A DNA stretch of 64,000 nucleotides from Eledone cirrhosa (Eukaryota). The DNA is taken from the NCBI GenBank assembly GCA_964016885.1, contig OZ024756.1:21204001-21268000 (forward strand). The letters are read 5' to 3'. Below are positions 13,471-26,830 of the stretch, piece after piece (the stretch's first letter is position 1; the number at the start of each line of letters is the position of its first letter). The notes beneath the pieces were generated by a model that made no database searches, was not told where the DNA came from, and saw nothing but the letters and a program-made list of their open reading frames with translations. The position numbers and the translations under genes were made by a program.

Positions 13471-13790
13471 ATTAAAAAAAAAGAAAAGAAGAAAGTTGTA
13501 TTGACAGAATCGGCGAAAAGTTTCGTCTTACGTTATATCCGTTTATAACCGGAAAGGGAACGGCTCGCTTGAAGAAGGTGCCCGATGGGGTGACTGTTGC
13601 AGCAGGTGTCTTTGGCCAATCTCTGCAGTAAGGCCTTTGACATTTTGTCTGCAGAGTGCGGTTGAGGAACCGCTCAGATTGGGGTGTAGGACCTGTCCCT
13701 CTCACCTCTCCCTTTCTTTCGTTGGTTGATTCCTTTTTTCTTTTTCTCCCTTATATTTCCATTTCCCTCTTTAATAGTGTGTTTTGTTTT

Positions 13791-13827
<37 letters not shown>

Positions 13828-13868
13828 AATATATCTATCTATATATATTTAATTACACAATATAATTA

Positions 13869-13938
13869 ATCCATTACCAAAGGTTTCAGGAGACTAGACG
13901 GTCACTACAGAAACGTCCAGCTCGTTCATCTGATAAAT
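13869..13938 (-). ncRNA. Hammerhead motif (CAGAUGA core)
   Basis: AUUUAU CAGAUGA [GAG.CUGGACG/CGUCUAG.CUC] GAA ACC-UUU-GGU A^ AUGGAU. Confidence 0.6.
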
Positions 13939-14087
13939 GAATAACTATATTGTGTTGTTTATTATGTAATTAGATAACTCTGTACTATACACAGAGCACT
14001 CTTTCCTTTAGCTTTTCTACGGAAATACATAACATATATATAAATATAAATACATATATATATACATATATATATATAGATATATAT

Positions 14088-14280
14088 GAAGGCGCATGGC
14101 TGAGTGGTTAGAGAATCGGATTCGCAATCGTGAGGTTGTGAGTTCGATTCCCGCAAGACACTTTATTTCACGTTGCTCCTTCTACCTGGAGTTGCGACCG
14201 ATAGATAGTATTAGTAATTGGAATGACCCACGGAAACATTGTTTCCTCAGTCCGATTTGACGAAAGTTGATCGATCCTAA
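14088..14280 (+). mobile_element. tRNA-headed SINE family B with structured tail
   Basis: Head 'ggcgcatggctgagtggttagag...gagttcgattccc'; tail shared with minus-strand copies 25100-25320 and 33998-34217. Confidence 0.75.
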
Positions 14281-14410
14281 AGTCCAACCCCTCCTCAACG
14301 TGGAAGGGCGGTGGCCACGGGTAGTGCCAGAGTTATGCTGTTGGGAACTTCGGTTCCTAGTAGGGCCACCCAAGGCGGATTGGTCTGGCACCCAGCGGTA
14401 TTAGGGTTAC
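14273..14410 (+). ncRNA. Candidate degenerate HDV-like ribozyme or structured RNA
   Basis: aacc-cc-tcctc..gt-gg-aagggc-gg order; gtgccaga/tctggcac stem enclosing an 11-bp cUUCGg hairpin; closing ggtt. Confidence 0.35.
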
Positions 14411-14564
14411 AAAAGGGGCTCTGGTGAAAATCCATGTCTGTGTGTGTGTGTGTGTCGGTGGGTGTGTGTACCACTTCACATCCTTGTGGTGGTTGCTGGG
14501 AAAGTATTTGCTATAATCCTTTGCTGACGAGGCTATGTCAATGAAAAATATATGTTGCTGAACG

Positions 14565-14912
14565 ATAATTGTTTCTACTTTTGGCACAAGGCCAGCAATT
14601 ATTTCAGGGTATTACTGGTACTTTATTTTATCGGGATGAAGGGCATTTTATAAGGATGAAGGGCAAAGTTAACCTCGGCGGGATTTGAACTCAGTCCGTA
14701 AAGGGACGTAACTGTGCTGCAAAGCATGGCGTCCGACCCTCTACCGATACTGCCAATCCACAGCACTATGTTGCTGAACGATAATTGTTTCTACTTTAGG
14801 CACAAGGCCAGCAATTAACCAGTGCATTACTGGTACTTTATTTTATCGACCCCGTAAGGATGAAAGGCAAAGTCAACCTCGGCGGGATTTGAACTCAGAT
14901 CGTAAAGGGACT
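14565..14912 (-). mobile_element. Two tandem SINE family A copies
   Basis: Both are preceded by an identical 'atgttgctgaacgataattgtttctactt' flank. Confidence 0.8.
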
Positions 14913-15510
14913 GAATGATAATATTATACACACATACACATACGAGATACACTGAAGGGGTTTTGAGACTTTTATCAGCGAGGCATTTATTTAACTCAGA
15001 TCAACACACAACTCTAGTCTTCCTCAAAGTAGGATCTTCCAACTTTAATGCACGTATATACATACATGAATACATACATACATACATACACATATATATA
15101 TATACATACATACATACACACAAACATACATACACACATACATATATATATACACACATACACATACATACATATATACACACATACATGCATACATACA
15201 TAGACACATATATTATTGCACACATACATATATACACACACAAATATGTCATAACTGTTCATCGCATATTTTCCGACCATCTAACATGATGTGACATGGA
15301 AAAGAGCCAAGATGAAAGAAGAAAGTGAGGGTAAATAGAGATAGTGAGAGTAAACACACACACACGCACACACATACACACACACATACCCCCCCCCCCC
15401 CCCACACACATATATATATTTCTTCCACGTACTGTACGGTTTATTTTGTTATTTTTGTTAACCCTTAAAACACACACATACACACACACATATATATATA
15501 GATCATATAT

Positions 15511-15549
<39 letters not shown>

Positions 15550-15648
15550 CAGAGACAGAGAGTGAGAGAGAGACATTCAGAGACAGAAAGAGAGAGACAT
15601 TCAGAGACAGATAGAGAGAGAGACACTCAGAGACAGAGAGAGAGAGAC

Positions 15649-15688
<40 letters not shown>

Positions 15689-15934
15689 GCTGCACTGAAG
15701 TTAATGTTATAAAAGACGGAAGAATGGCGAAATTACCATGGATACATAGGCTTACACTAGGTAGCTGCAGACTGGCCGCAAGCACAGAGAGAAGAAATAT
15801 ACTTGGGGTGTGTGTGGCAGGGTAATCTAAGGGTGTATTTGGGTTGCCCTCAGTTAACCCAAAATAGCAGTTCTGCCATTTGGTGTTTTCTTTCTTGCTC
15901 TTATTTTATTTTTTAATATATTTTATTGGTATTT

Positions 15935-16095
15935 TAGACGCCATGCTTTGCAGCATAGAGTTAAGTCCCTTTACGACCTGAGTTCAAATCTCGCCGCGGT
16001 TAACTTCGCCTCTCATCATTGTGGGGTCGATAAAATAAAGTACCATAATTCACTGGGGTAATTGCTGGCCTTGTGTCAAAAGTAGAAACAAATAT
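15935..16095 (+). mobile_element. SINE family A
   Basis: Consensus match. Confidence 0.8.
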
Positions 16096-16171
16096 TATTT
16101 ATTTATTACTGTGTTTTTATTATGTTATTGATTCCACCCTTTTCACTCAGTGTAACCCTCCCGCTCCGTGA

Positions 16172-17090
16172 AGGGACATGGCTTTGTGGTTAGGGTATTC
16201 GGCTGAAAGTCGTAAGGCCGTGAGCTCGTTTCCCGGCGATTGTGTCCTTGAGCAAGACACTTTATTTCTCCAGTCCACTCAGCTGACAATAATGAGTTAT
16301 ACCTGTAATATGAAGGGCCAGCCTTATCATATTCTGTGTCACGCTGAATCTCCCTGAGAACTGCGTTAAGTCACTTTATTTCAAGTTGCTCCAGTCCACT
16401 CAGCTGGCAAAAATGAATTGTACCTGTAATTCCAAGAGCCAGCCTTGTCACATTCTGTGTCACGCTGAATCTCCCTGAGAACTGCGTTAAGTCACTTTAT
16501 TTCAAGTTGCTCCAGTCCACTAGGCTGGCAAAAATGAATTGTACCTGTAATTCCAAGAGCCAGCCTTGTCACATTCTGTGTCACGCTGAATCTCCCCGAG
16601 AACTGCGTTAAGTCACTTTATTTCAAGTTGATCTAGTCCACTCAGCTGGCAAAAATGAATTGTACCTGTAATTCCAAGAGCCAGCCTTGTCACATTCTGT
16701 GTCACGCTGAATCTCCCTGAGAACTGCGTTAAGTCACTTTATTTCAAGTTGCTCCAGTCCACTAGGCTGGCAAAAATGAATTGTACCTGTAATTCCAAGA
16801 GCCAGCCTTGTCACATTCTGTGTCACGTTGAATCTCCCTGAGAACTGCGTTAAGTCACTTTATTTCACGTTGCTCCAGTACACTCAGCTGGCAAAAACGA
16901 ATTGTACCTGTAATTCGAAGGAGCAGCCTTGTCACATTCTGTGTCACGTTGAATCTCCCTGAGAACTACGTTAAAGGTATGCGTGTTTGTGGAATGTTCT
17001 GCCAGTTGGATGCTAATTTAACGAGCAGGTTGTTCTGTTGATCATATCAACAGGAATAGTCATCGTCGTAACCGACGGAGTGCCACTGTA
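16172..17090 (+). mobile_element. Family B SINE with an internal 121-bp unit amplified ~6x
   Basis: tRNA-like head 16172-16255; units start at ~16258, 16372, 16493, 16614, 16735, 16856; single tail afterwards. Confidence 0.85.
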
Positions 17091-17199
17091 ACTAACAACC
17101 CTCTCTCCTCTTCCCAACAGTTTATCAGTTGACTTTTCACTTTCTTCGTCTCAGGCTCTTGTGGCCAATGAAAAGTTATTTTTAATAATATTGATACTA

Positions 17200-17415
17200 G
17201 TAGGGCGGTGGATAGGTAGAGCATCCGGCAATATGCTTTGTGGCATAGAGTTGCGGCCCTTTATGTTCTGAGTTCAAACCCCGCCGAGGTTAACTTTGCC
17301 TTGCATCCTTTACGGGGTCGATAAAATATAGCACCAGTAATGTACTGGGGTCGATTTAATTGGCTTTTCCCTCCCACCAAAATTGCTGGCCTTGTGCCTA
17401 AATCAGAAAACATTA
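17200..17415 (+). mobile_element. SINE family A
   Basis: Consensus match. Confidence 0.8.
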
Positions 17416-17424
17416 TTGATGGCA

Positions 17425-17425
17425 A

Positions 17426-17457
<32 letters not shown>

Positions 17458-17927
17458 ATGTTAGTAGTAGTAGTAGTAATGGTAGTAGTAGTAGTGGAGG
17501 TGGTAGTAGTAGTAATGGCAGTAGACGTAGTGGTTTGGTAGTAGTAGTAGTAATGGTAGTAGTAGTAGTAGTAATGGTAGTAGTAGTAATAGTAGTAGTA
17601 ATGGTAGTAGTAGTAATAGTAGTAGTAATGGTAGTAGTAGTAGTGGTGGTGGTAGTAGTGGTAGTAGTAGTAGTAATGGTAGTAGTTATAGTAGTAATGG
17701 TAGTAGTAGTAATAGTAGTAGTAATGGTAGTAGTAGTGGTGGTGGTAGTAGTAGTAATGTTAGTAGTAGTAGTAGTAATGGTAGTAGTAGTAATAGTAGT
17801 AGTAATGGTAGTAGTAGTGGTGGTGGTAGTAGTAGTAATGGTAGTAGTAGTAGTAGTGGTGGTAGTAGTGGTAGTAGTAGTAGTAATGGTAGTGGTAATG
17901 GTAGTAGTAGTAGTAGTAATGGTAGTG

Positions 17928-17965
<38 letters not shown>

Positions 17966-18017
17966 GCTGGTAGTAGTAGTAGTAATGGAAGTAGTAGTTG
18001 TAGTAGTAGTAGTAGTA
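17425..18017. repeat. (TAG/TGG)n microsatellite
   Basis: Direct reading. Confidence 0.95.
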
Positions 18018-18644
18018 ATTTTAAACTTTGTCGTTCGCCTTCTGGAACTTGGCACAGTTAGACCACCTCGAGTAACCTCCACCATCGTTATCACCACCAA
18101 ACATCACCACCAAACATCGCCACCAAATATCGCCACCAAATATCGCCACGAGATATCAGCCACCAGCCACCAAGAAACAGGAGCAAGCTGTTGACATACG
18201 AACGGCATGTAATGATAAATCAAGGTTTTTATTGGGTGTTATCTTTGTGAGGAGAGAGAGGGAGAGAGAAAGAGAGAGAGAGAGAAAGGAGTGAGAAGGA
18301 GAGAAGAGAGAAGGAGAGTGAGGGTGAAGAAGAGAGAGGGAGAGAAGGAGAGAGGTAAGAGAAGGAGAGAGGAGTAAGTGAGAGAGAAAGAGAGAAGGAG
18401 AAAGAGAAGAGAGAGAAAATGAGGAGAAAGAGACGAGAGAGGAAGTGTCATAGAGAAAGTGAGATGAGAAAGAAAGTGAGAGGCAGAGAGAGAGAAAGTG
18501 TGTGTGAGAGAGAGAAAAAGAGAAAGAAAGAGATAGGGGCTAATCCTATCCTGAGGTTAACCGAAGTTAGTGGCTTCTGAAATATGTCCGCCTATGCAGC
18601 TTGACTTAATTTAACGAATAGACATGAGAAAAGGTATATAACCA

Positions 18645-18648
18645 TATA

Positions 18649-18692
<44 letters not shown>

Positions 18693-18700
18693 TATGTATG

Positions 18701-18746
<46 letters not shown>

Positions 18747-18754
18747 TATGTATG

Positions 18755-18795
<41 letters not shown>

Positions 18796-18812
18796 CAACA
18801 CAACGGAAAAAA

Positions 18813-18868
<56 letters not shown>

Positions 18869-18877
18869 GTATGTATG

Positions 18878-18922
<45 letters not shown>

Positions 18923-18962
18923 GTATGTATGTATATATATATATATATATATATATACATAC

Positions 18963-18994
<32 letters not shown>

Positions 18995-19126
18995 ATATAT
19001 ATATATGTATGTATATATATGTATATATATATGTATCTATATATATATATATATATACACACACATATATATATATATACATACATACATACATATATCT
19101 ATATATATATACACATACATACACAC

Positions 19127-19159
<33 letters not shown>

Positions 19160-19160
19160 T

Positions 19161-19208
<48 letters not shown>

Positions 19209-19320
19209 ATATATATATATATTTATATTTATATATATACATATATACATATATATATACACATACATATATATACATATATATATACACATACATATAT
19301 AGATATATGTATGTATACAT
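18645..19320. repeat. Interrupted (TA)n tract
   Basis: Direct reading. Confidence 0.95.
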
Positions 19321-19640
19321 GTATTTTTTTTACACATTATAACACGTCTCGGGAATTAAAACATTATCCGTTCAAATCAGAAATGTATGGAAAAACCATA
19401 GAAATCTATACTTAGTTAAATACTATTACACAACAATGGACTTACAATTTAATTTAACCAACGAAAGAATATCAACACTAGAGCATTAGATACAAAGCAC
19501 AGGTAGTATATATATTATGCTACCGCTGACTTGAGAAAGCAACACCAAAATTCAGCACTCAGCATATCAATGAATTGAAATAACAGAAGTAAGCTACAGT
19601 TCATCTTTATGTTTATCTGTTTTTTTCTGTTCAAATTCTA

Positions 19641-19699
19641 GCTGTCTGATGAGGGTATAGCTGTTGCATAACAGTTATCAACGAAATATATATAACAGC
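19641..19699 (+). ncRNA. Type I hammerhead ribozyme motif
   Basis: GCUGU CUGAUGA G..AUAGCUGUU-GCAU-AACAGUUAU..C GAA AUAUAUAU A^ ACAGC. Confidence 0.75.
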
Positions 19700-19744
19700 G
19701 AATATGTATAAAGGAAGTTAATCTTAACTTGGTGACTTATACGT

Positions 19745-19777
<33 letters not shown>

Positions 19778-19781
<4 letters not shown>

Positions 19782-19932
19782 AACGAAGGCGGTAAAAGCG
19801 TTAGACCACTACTCACCAGAGTACTCGGTACTTAGGGGTAGTAGAGGACCCCGACCCCGACGGTTGAGCTCTGGCCATTTCAATTGCTAAACTGCTAGAT
19901 CCGAACTCAGCCGTCGGGGTCCTGAAATTTTT
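19778..19932 (-). mobile_element. Family C fold-back element (diverged)
   Basis: ggaccccgac...gccgtcggggtcctga inverted arms between (TA)n tracts. Confidence 0.7.
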
Positions 19933-19933
19933 C

Positions 19934-19990
<57 letters not shown>

Positions 19991-20064
19991 TAAAATGTAT
20001 ATGTACTCCTTCCCATGCATAGAGTATACCCTGATTTGTAGTCCCACCAGTTTCGGTAAAAAGA

Positions 20065-20207
<143 letters not shown>

Positions 20208-20249
20208 CGATATTAAACAAATGGAAACTATATTTATAAAACCATATTT

Positions 20250-20313
20250 ATTTCATTATACATATTTCAGGGATACCATATTAAAAATATGGCATGCCTT
20301 CGTCAGATAAAAT
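20250..20313 (-). ncRNA. Type I hammerhead ribozyme motif
   Basis: AUUUUAU CUGACGA AGG.AUGCCAUAUU-UUU-AAUAUGGUAU.CCU GAA AUAUGUAU A^ AUGAAAU. Confidence 0.75.
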
Positions 20314-20445
20314 GCAATATATAAACAGTTTTATAAATAATTTTGACGTACCCTATTATAAGCGACCATTATAAACTTGTCGAGTGCTTTATATCAGTTA
20401 AAAAATATTTACTTGTTGTAACCCAACAATTTTAAATAAAACTTT

Positions 20446-20494
<49 letters not shown>

Positions 20495-20769
20495 TAATAA
20501 TACATATACAGATATATCTAAATATACATATGTATATATATATACGTCTAAAAAGAAATACACATACACATACACATACACAGACACACACGCACACACA
20601 CACCTATTTACGTACTATATACATAGGTATGTATTCATGTGTGAATATGAGAGGGGGGAGGAGATAGAGAAGGTGGTACTGAGTATGATGTGTTAATGTG
20701 AGAAGATAAATGCGGGATGAGAATCGTACAACGATGAAGTAATAAATCAAAGGTGTTTGGTGCGTGTGT

Positions 20770-21004
20770 GTGGGAAGATATGCCTCATTGTGCATATACA
20801 GCCATACTAATACGTACATGACAAACACACACACATACACACACACACACACAGACGCACACACACACAGACGCACACATACACTCACACACTCACATAC
20901 ACACAGACATACAGACGTACACACACAGATACACACACATACACTGACAGGCACAAACAGACACAAAAATAGCCACACACAGGCACACATAGGCACAAAC
21001 AGAG

Positions 21005-21037
<33 letters not shown>

Positions 21038-21520
21038 CGCACACATACACTCACACACTCACATACACATAGACATACAGATGTACACACACAGATACAC
21101 ACACATACACTCACAGGCACAAACAGACACAAAAACAGACACACACACAGACACACACACACACATAGGCACAAACAGAGAGACGCACACACACACACAC
21201 ACACACACTTACACACGCAGAAAAAATGTCATCTTCCGATAAATATCACTTGCAAACACACAGACATATATGGAGCGCATGTGGGAAGATATGCCTCATT
21301 GTGCATACACAGCCATACTAATACGTACATGACACACTCACAGACGTACACAAAGACACACAGACACACACACACACACACTCAGAGAGAGACGCACACT
21401 CACACTCACAGACACACACTCACACTCACTCACAGAAAGAAAAAAACATGTCATCCCCAGACAAATTTCACTCGTACGCAATACACACAAGCTCATATGT
21501 GTGTGTACGTATTGATAAAA
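20770..21520. repeat. Local ~510-bp tandem duplication containing CA-rich sequence
   Basis: 'gtgggaagatatgcctcattgtgcata.acagccatactaatacgtacatgaca' at 20770 and 21281. Confidence 0.7.
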
Positions 21521-21542
21521 TAACCAAAGTACCGTCATTGTA

Positions 21543-21611
<69 letters not shown>

Positions 21612-21931
21612 GTGTGTTTGCGTGTGTGTTTGCGTGTATGTATGTGTGTGTATGTGTGTGTGTGTATTTGTGTGTGTGTGTGTCTGTATGTGTGTGTGTG
21701 TGTGTGTGGATGGAAAAAATTGCAAGTTCACATACATACTTTTGATCAACATATATTCTGTCGTCTTGTGTAATGTAAATAGACCTGCTTAAACATCAGT
21801 GTTCTCTCTACGGGAAGACCCCGAGAACTAATTTTCCGTTTGTTGAGGCCATCTGACAAAGCATGTCTACTCTTCGTTCATCGTCCTACAGAGAGTGAAC
21901 GAGACAGAGAGAGAAAGAGAGAGAGCGAACA

Positions 21932-21965
<34 letters not shown>

Positions 21966-21966
<1 letters not shown>

Positions 21967-22160
21967 ACGAAGGAAATGTGGTAAGGGACCAGGTGGACCA
22001 TAACGCACCAAAGTACTCAATACTTAGGGTAGTAGAGTGGGTAATAGGAACGAGTAGGACCCCGACGGCTGAGGTCAAGCCGTTTCAACGGCTAATTCTG
22101 GAATCAGAATTAGCCGTCGAAACGGCTTGAGCTCAGCCGTCGGGGTCCTACTCGTTCCTA
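21966..22160 (-). mobile_element. Family C fold-back element
   Basis: Arms meet at gctaattctg-gaat-cagaattagc; (TA)n on both sides. Confidence 0.8.
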
Positions 22161-22210
22161 TATATATATATATATATCGAGAAAAACCACAAACCCTCCA
22201 TCTCAATTCT

Positions 22211-22248
22211 ACTCTTGAAAAGCACAAGAACTGCGAAACCGGTAAATC
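22211..22248 (+). ncRNA. Minimal hammerhead motif, UUGAAAA core (stem I decayed)
   Basis: UUGAAAA GCA-CAAGAAC-UGC GAA ACCGGU A. Confidence 0.5.
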
Positions 22249-22306
22249 AAATAAATATATATTTAAAAAAAAAGACACCAGTTGCATTTTCGATTTCATC
22301 TTTTTC

Positions 22307-22337
<31 letters not shown>

Positions 22338-22504
22338 ACACAGTGTGGTAAGATACCAGGTGGACCATAACGCACCAGAATACTCGATAGGATTATATAT
22401 AAAATATATACATAAAAACCCGTAGACCAAAACATTTACTATAAGTACAGATTAAAGTTTAAGCAAAGATTCGCTGCTTTCACTCTTTTACGGGATCTTC
22501 TGAA

Positions 22505-22558
22505 GAGTTTCAGAAGATGCCGTAAAAGAGTGAAAGCAGTGATTCGTTGCTTAAACTT
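22505..22558 (+). ncRNA. Hammerhead motif with CAGAAGA core at a fold-back centre (inverted partner 22455-22510)
   Basis: GAGUUU CAGAAGA UGCCGUAAAAGAGU GAA AGCAG..UUGCU U^ AAACUU. Confidence 0.55.
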
Positions 22559-22695
22559 TAATCTTTACTTATAACATATATATATAAATATATATACATA
22601 TATATATGTATATATATATATGTGTATATATATATATATATTATGAGAGAGAAAGAGCGATATATATATATATATATACACATACACGCACACAT

Positions 22696-22785
<90 letters not shown>

Positions 22786-22797
22786 ATATATATATAC

Positions 22798-22847
<50 letters not shown>

Positions 22848-23047
22848 TTATATATATATTATAAGTAAAGATTAAAGTTTAAGCAACGAATCACTGCTTT
22901 CTTTTACGGGATCTTCTAAAACTCTTCAGAAGATCCCGTAAAAGGGTATATATATATTTACACATATATATATATATACATATACATATATATACATATA
23001 TATATATATACATATATATATATATCATATATATCTAATATAGAAAT

Positions 23048-23099
23048 GGCCTCTACAGGACTAGAACCTGTTTCATTCAGGAGAAATCATCAGGAAGTC
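23048..23099 (-). ncRNA. Type I hammerhead motif with full stem III
   Basis: GACUUC CUGAUGA UUUC-UCCU-GAAU GAA ACAGG-UUCUAGU-CCUGU A^ GAGGCC. Confidence 0.65.
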
Positions 23100-23219
23100 G
23101 ACTGATCAGGTAATATAATAGTATTTATATCTTTTCTGGTGGTAGGAGAGGGTGGTGATTGGGATGGGTGGAGGTCATTGGTTGATGGATTATAAGAAAC
23201 AAAGGCAGAAAAAAATTCA

Positions 23220-23354
<135 letters not shown>

Positions 23355-23747
23355 AATTTCGAGTTACTTTAGGTAGACAGAAATGCATACTCTATGGCGT
23401 CGAAAATCAGTCACGTGTAATGAATAGTTCCCAGTAAACGCTTGCCATTCATACAGTACAAAGAGTGTTAAAGTTAAAATCTGCTCGAAGCCCAGAGTTT
23501 GATTAGGACTGTAATTACTTATCCCGGTTTCATTGGCGTTAAGCAACTGATAGAATTGGGCTCCCTCTTGGGCGTAACGCAGGAGGGCAACTGTATTAAC
23601 GGGAGTAAGGTAAAACGAAGTGTTTTATTTTCAAGAACATAGTGCAACACCCCTCGGTGCTAGAATCTAACCCAAATTTAAGTCCCAAAACTCAACCACA
23701 ATGTCACGTAAAAACAAATAAAAAAAAGGAATGTCTATTTATAGAAA

Positions 23748-24300
23748 ATAATTGTTTCTACTTTTGGCACAAGGCCAGCAATTATCCCAGTGTATTACTG
23801 GTGCTTCATTTTATCGACCTCGGAAGGATGAAAGGCAAAGTTAACCTCGGCGGGATTTGAACTCTGATCGTAAAGGGCCGTAACTCTATGCTGCAAAGCA
23901 TGACGTCCGACTCTCTACCGATACTGCCAATCCACCGCCCAATTACTTTCTAGTATAGGCACAAGGCCAATCATTTGGGAAGTGAAAGTCGATTAAATCG
24001 ATCCCTGTGCGTGATTGGTACTTTATTTTATCGAACCCGTTAGGATGAAAGGCAAAGTTAACCTCAGCGGGATTTGAACTCAGATCATAAAGGGCCGTAA
24101 CTCTATGCTGAAAAGCATGGCGTCCGACCCTATGATTTCTAGTAAGGGCACAAGGCCAGCAATTTTGGAGGAGGGGAAAGTCGATTAAATCGACACCAGT
24201 TTGTGACTGGTACTTTATTTTATCGACCCCCGTAAGGATGAAAGGCAAAGTTAACCTCGGCGGGATTTGAACTCATATCATAAAGGGCCGTAACTCTATT
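23748..24300 (-). mobile_element. Three head-to-tail SINE family A copies
   Basis: Consensus matches starting at ~23748, 23945 and 24135. Confidence 0.85.
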
Positions 24301-24689
24301 CTTTATGGTATTCGTTTCGGCTCTCTCTTCCCTCAGTTAAAATCCCGCCGAGGTCAACTTTGCCTTTCATCCATTCGAGGTCTATAAACAATACACCAGT
24401 CTAGTACTGAGCTTGATTCTTCCTCTATATCTCTTTCTCACTTCCTCTCTTTCACTCTCTATCCTTATCTGGATAGATAGAGAGTGAAAGAGAGAGAGAG
24501 AGAAAGTATTAAGACCTGGATAGGAGATGAGGAGATGGGCTCCGCCAGGTTTAAAAATGCCTTAGCAACGCTGCATGTGATAGTGAATAAAATGAGTGGT
24601 AAGCGATATATATATATATATATATATACCATAAAGTATGTCCATAGAATCATTTCATAATATATATACACCATTTCCTCTCCCTATTA

Positions 24690-24734
<45 letters not shown>

Positions 24735-24835
24735 GGACTAGCGTCCGAAAAGTTAAGACCCTCCTCCTGCTATTTCAAGCGTTAACCTAATATATTCCTT
24801 CCGTATACTGGACCGATTGTGTTGTTATTTCTGTT

Positions 24836-24868
<33 letters not shown>

Positions 24869-24872
<4 letters not shown>

Positions 24873-25048
24873 AACCAGTAAGACCCCGACGGCTGAGCTC
24901 AAGCCGTTTCGACGGCTAATTCAGAATTAGCCGTCGAAACGGCTTGAGCTCAGCCGTCGGGGTCTTACTGGTTCCTTTTACCCACTCTACTACCCTAAGT
25001 ATTGAGTACTTTGGTGCGTTATGGTCTACCTTACCACATTTCCTTCGT

Positions 25049-25050
<2 letters not shown>
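24869..25050 (+). mobile_element. Family C fold-back element
   Basis: Perfect palindrome centred at 'gctaattc-a-gaattagc' (~24922); (TA)n on both sides. Confidence 0.85.
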
Positions 25051-25090
<40 letters not shown>

Positions 25091-25099
25091 TAGATATTT

Positions 25100-25320
25100 T
25101 AGGAACGATCGACTTTCGTCAAATCGGACCGAGGAAACAATGTTTCCGTTGGTCTTTCCAATTGCTAATACTATCTATCGGTCGCAACTCCAGATAGAAG
25201 GAGCAACGTGAAATAAAGTGTCTTGCTCAAGGACATAACGCATCGCCTGGTCCAGGAATCGAACTCACAACCTTACGATTGCGAATCCAATTCTCTTACC
25301 ACTCAGACACACACCTTCTA
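25100..25320 (-). mobile_element. SINE family B
   Basis: Near-identical to 33998-34217. Confidence 0.8.
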
Positions 25321-25564
25321 TATATATATAGAGAGAGATAGATAGATATATAGATATAGATGTATATATACACAGATGTACACACACACACACACACACA
25401 CAATATATATATATATATGGTTTAGATAGAGAGATTTGAAGCAAGAATTTTAATTGGCATGCGTTAAAATAAAGAAGATATTTTAAACGGGAAATTCTTT
25501 TAGCTCGCACCTTCATTTGTATTATCATATGTACAGATGTGTGTGTGTGTACACAGACACCACA

Positions 25565-25667
<103 letters not shown>

Positions 25668-26116
25668 TATTAATTACAACAACAAGAACAATATTAACAG
25701 CAATAACAAGAACAAGAGCAGCTACAGCAGAAACAGAAACAACAATAACAACAGTCACAGCGATAAGAACAACGACACCAACAGCAGCAACAACAACACC
25801 ACCAGCAACAACATGCATAACAACAACAACAACAGCAGCAGCAACATCACCACTAGTAGCAGTAACAACAACAACAACCACGACAAGATCAGCAGTAACA
25901 ACAACAACACCAGCAATGATACGCCAACACCACCACCACCACCACCTCCACCAACAACAACTACAACAACAACAACATTAGCAGTAATAGCAGTAACAAC
26001 AACCACCACAATAACAACATCAATGATACACCAACAACAGCAATAATACACCAACAACAACAACAACAGCAACAATAACAACAACAACATCACCAGTAAT
26101 AACATTATTAATCATC

Positions 26117-26830
26117 AGGGCGGTGGATTGGCAGTATCGGTAGAGGGTCGGACGCCATGCTTTGCAGCATAGAGTTACGGCCCTTTATGTTCTGAGTTCA
26201 AATATGTCTTTAAGTAAACACATCAACACCACCATCAACACCACCATCAACACCAGTACCACAACCACCACCACAACCATCAACACCACCATCACCACCA
26301 CCACCATCAACACCACCACCACAACAACCACCACCATCACCACAACCACCACCACCATCACCACCACCACCACCACCACAACAACCACCACCACCACCAC
26401 CACCACCACCACCACCACCACCACCACCACCATCACCACCACCACCATCACCACCACCACCACCAACACCACCACCACTATCACCACCATCACCACCACC
26501 ACCACAACATCCAGCACCACCACCACCACCACTATCACCACCATCACAACAACCACCACCACCACCATCACCACCACCACCACCACCATCACCACCACCA
26601 CCATCACCACCACCACCACCACCAACACCACCACCACTATCACCACCATCACCACCATCAACACCACCCAAGCCACCAACACTACTACCACCACCACCAC
26701 CACCACCATTTTCAATGTGTCCAGAGATCTGGTTAACTTTGCCTTTAATCCTTACGGGGTCGATAAAATAAAGTACCAGTAATACACTGAGTATTTGCTG
26801 GCCTTGTGCCAAAAGTAGAAACAATTATTA
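26117..26830 (+). mobile_element. SINE family A split by a ~530-bp (CAC)n-rich insertion, with TSD
   Basis: Head 26117-26200, body 26731-26825; 'attattaatcatc' on both sides. Confidence 0.8.

Noticed and set aside
14088-14155. tRNA gene
   Set aside because: The tRNA-like head lacks a proper acceptor stem and is fused to a repeated SINE body
14225-14275. Permuted (type II) hammerhead in the SINE B tail (gaaacattgtt...ttgacga)
   Set aside because: Stems I and II do not pair contiguously; only simple hairpins are supported
19335-19387. Minus-strand hammerhead relic (CUGAUUUGA...GAGACGUGUU)
   Set aside because: Both core halves are disrupted; not counted
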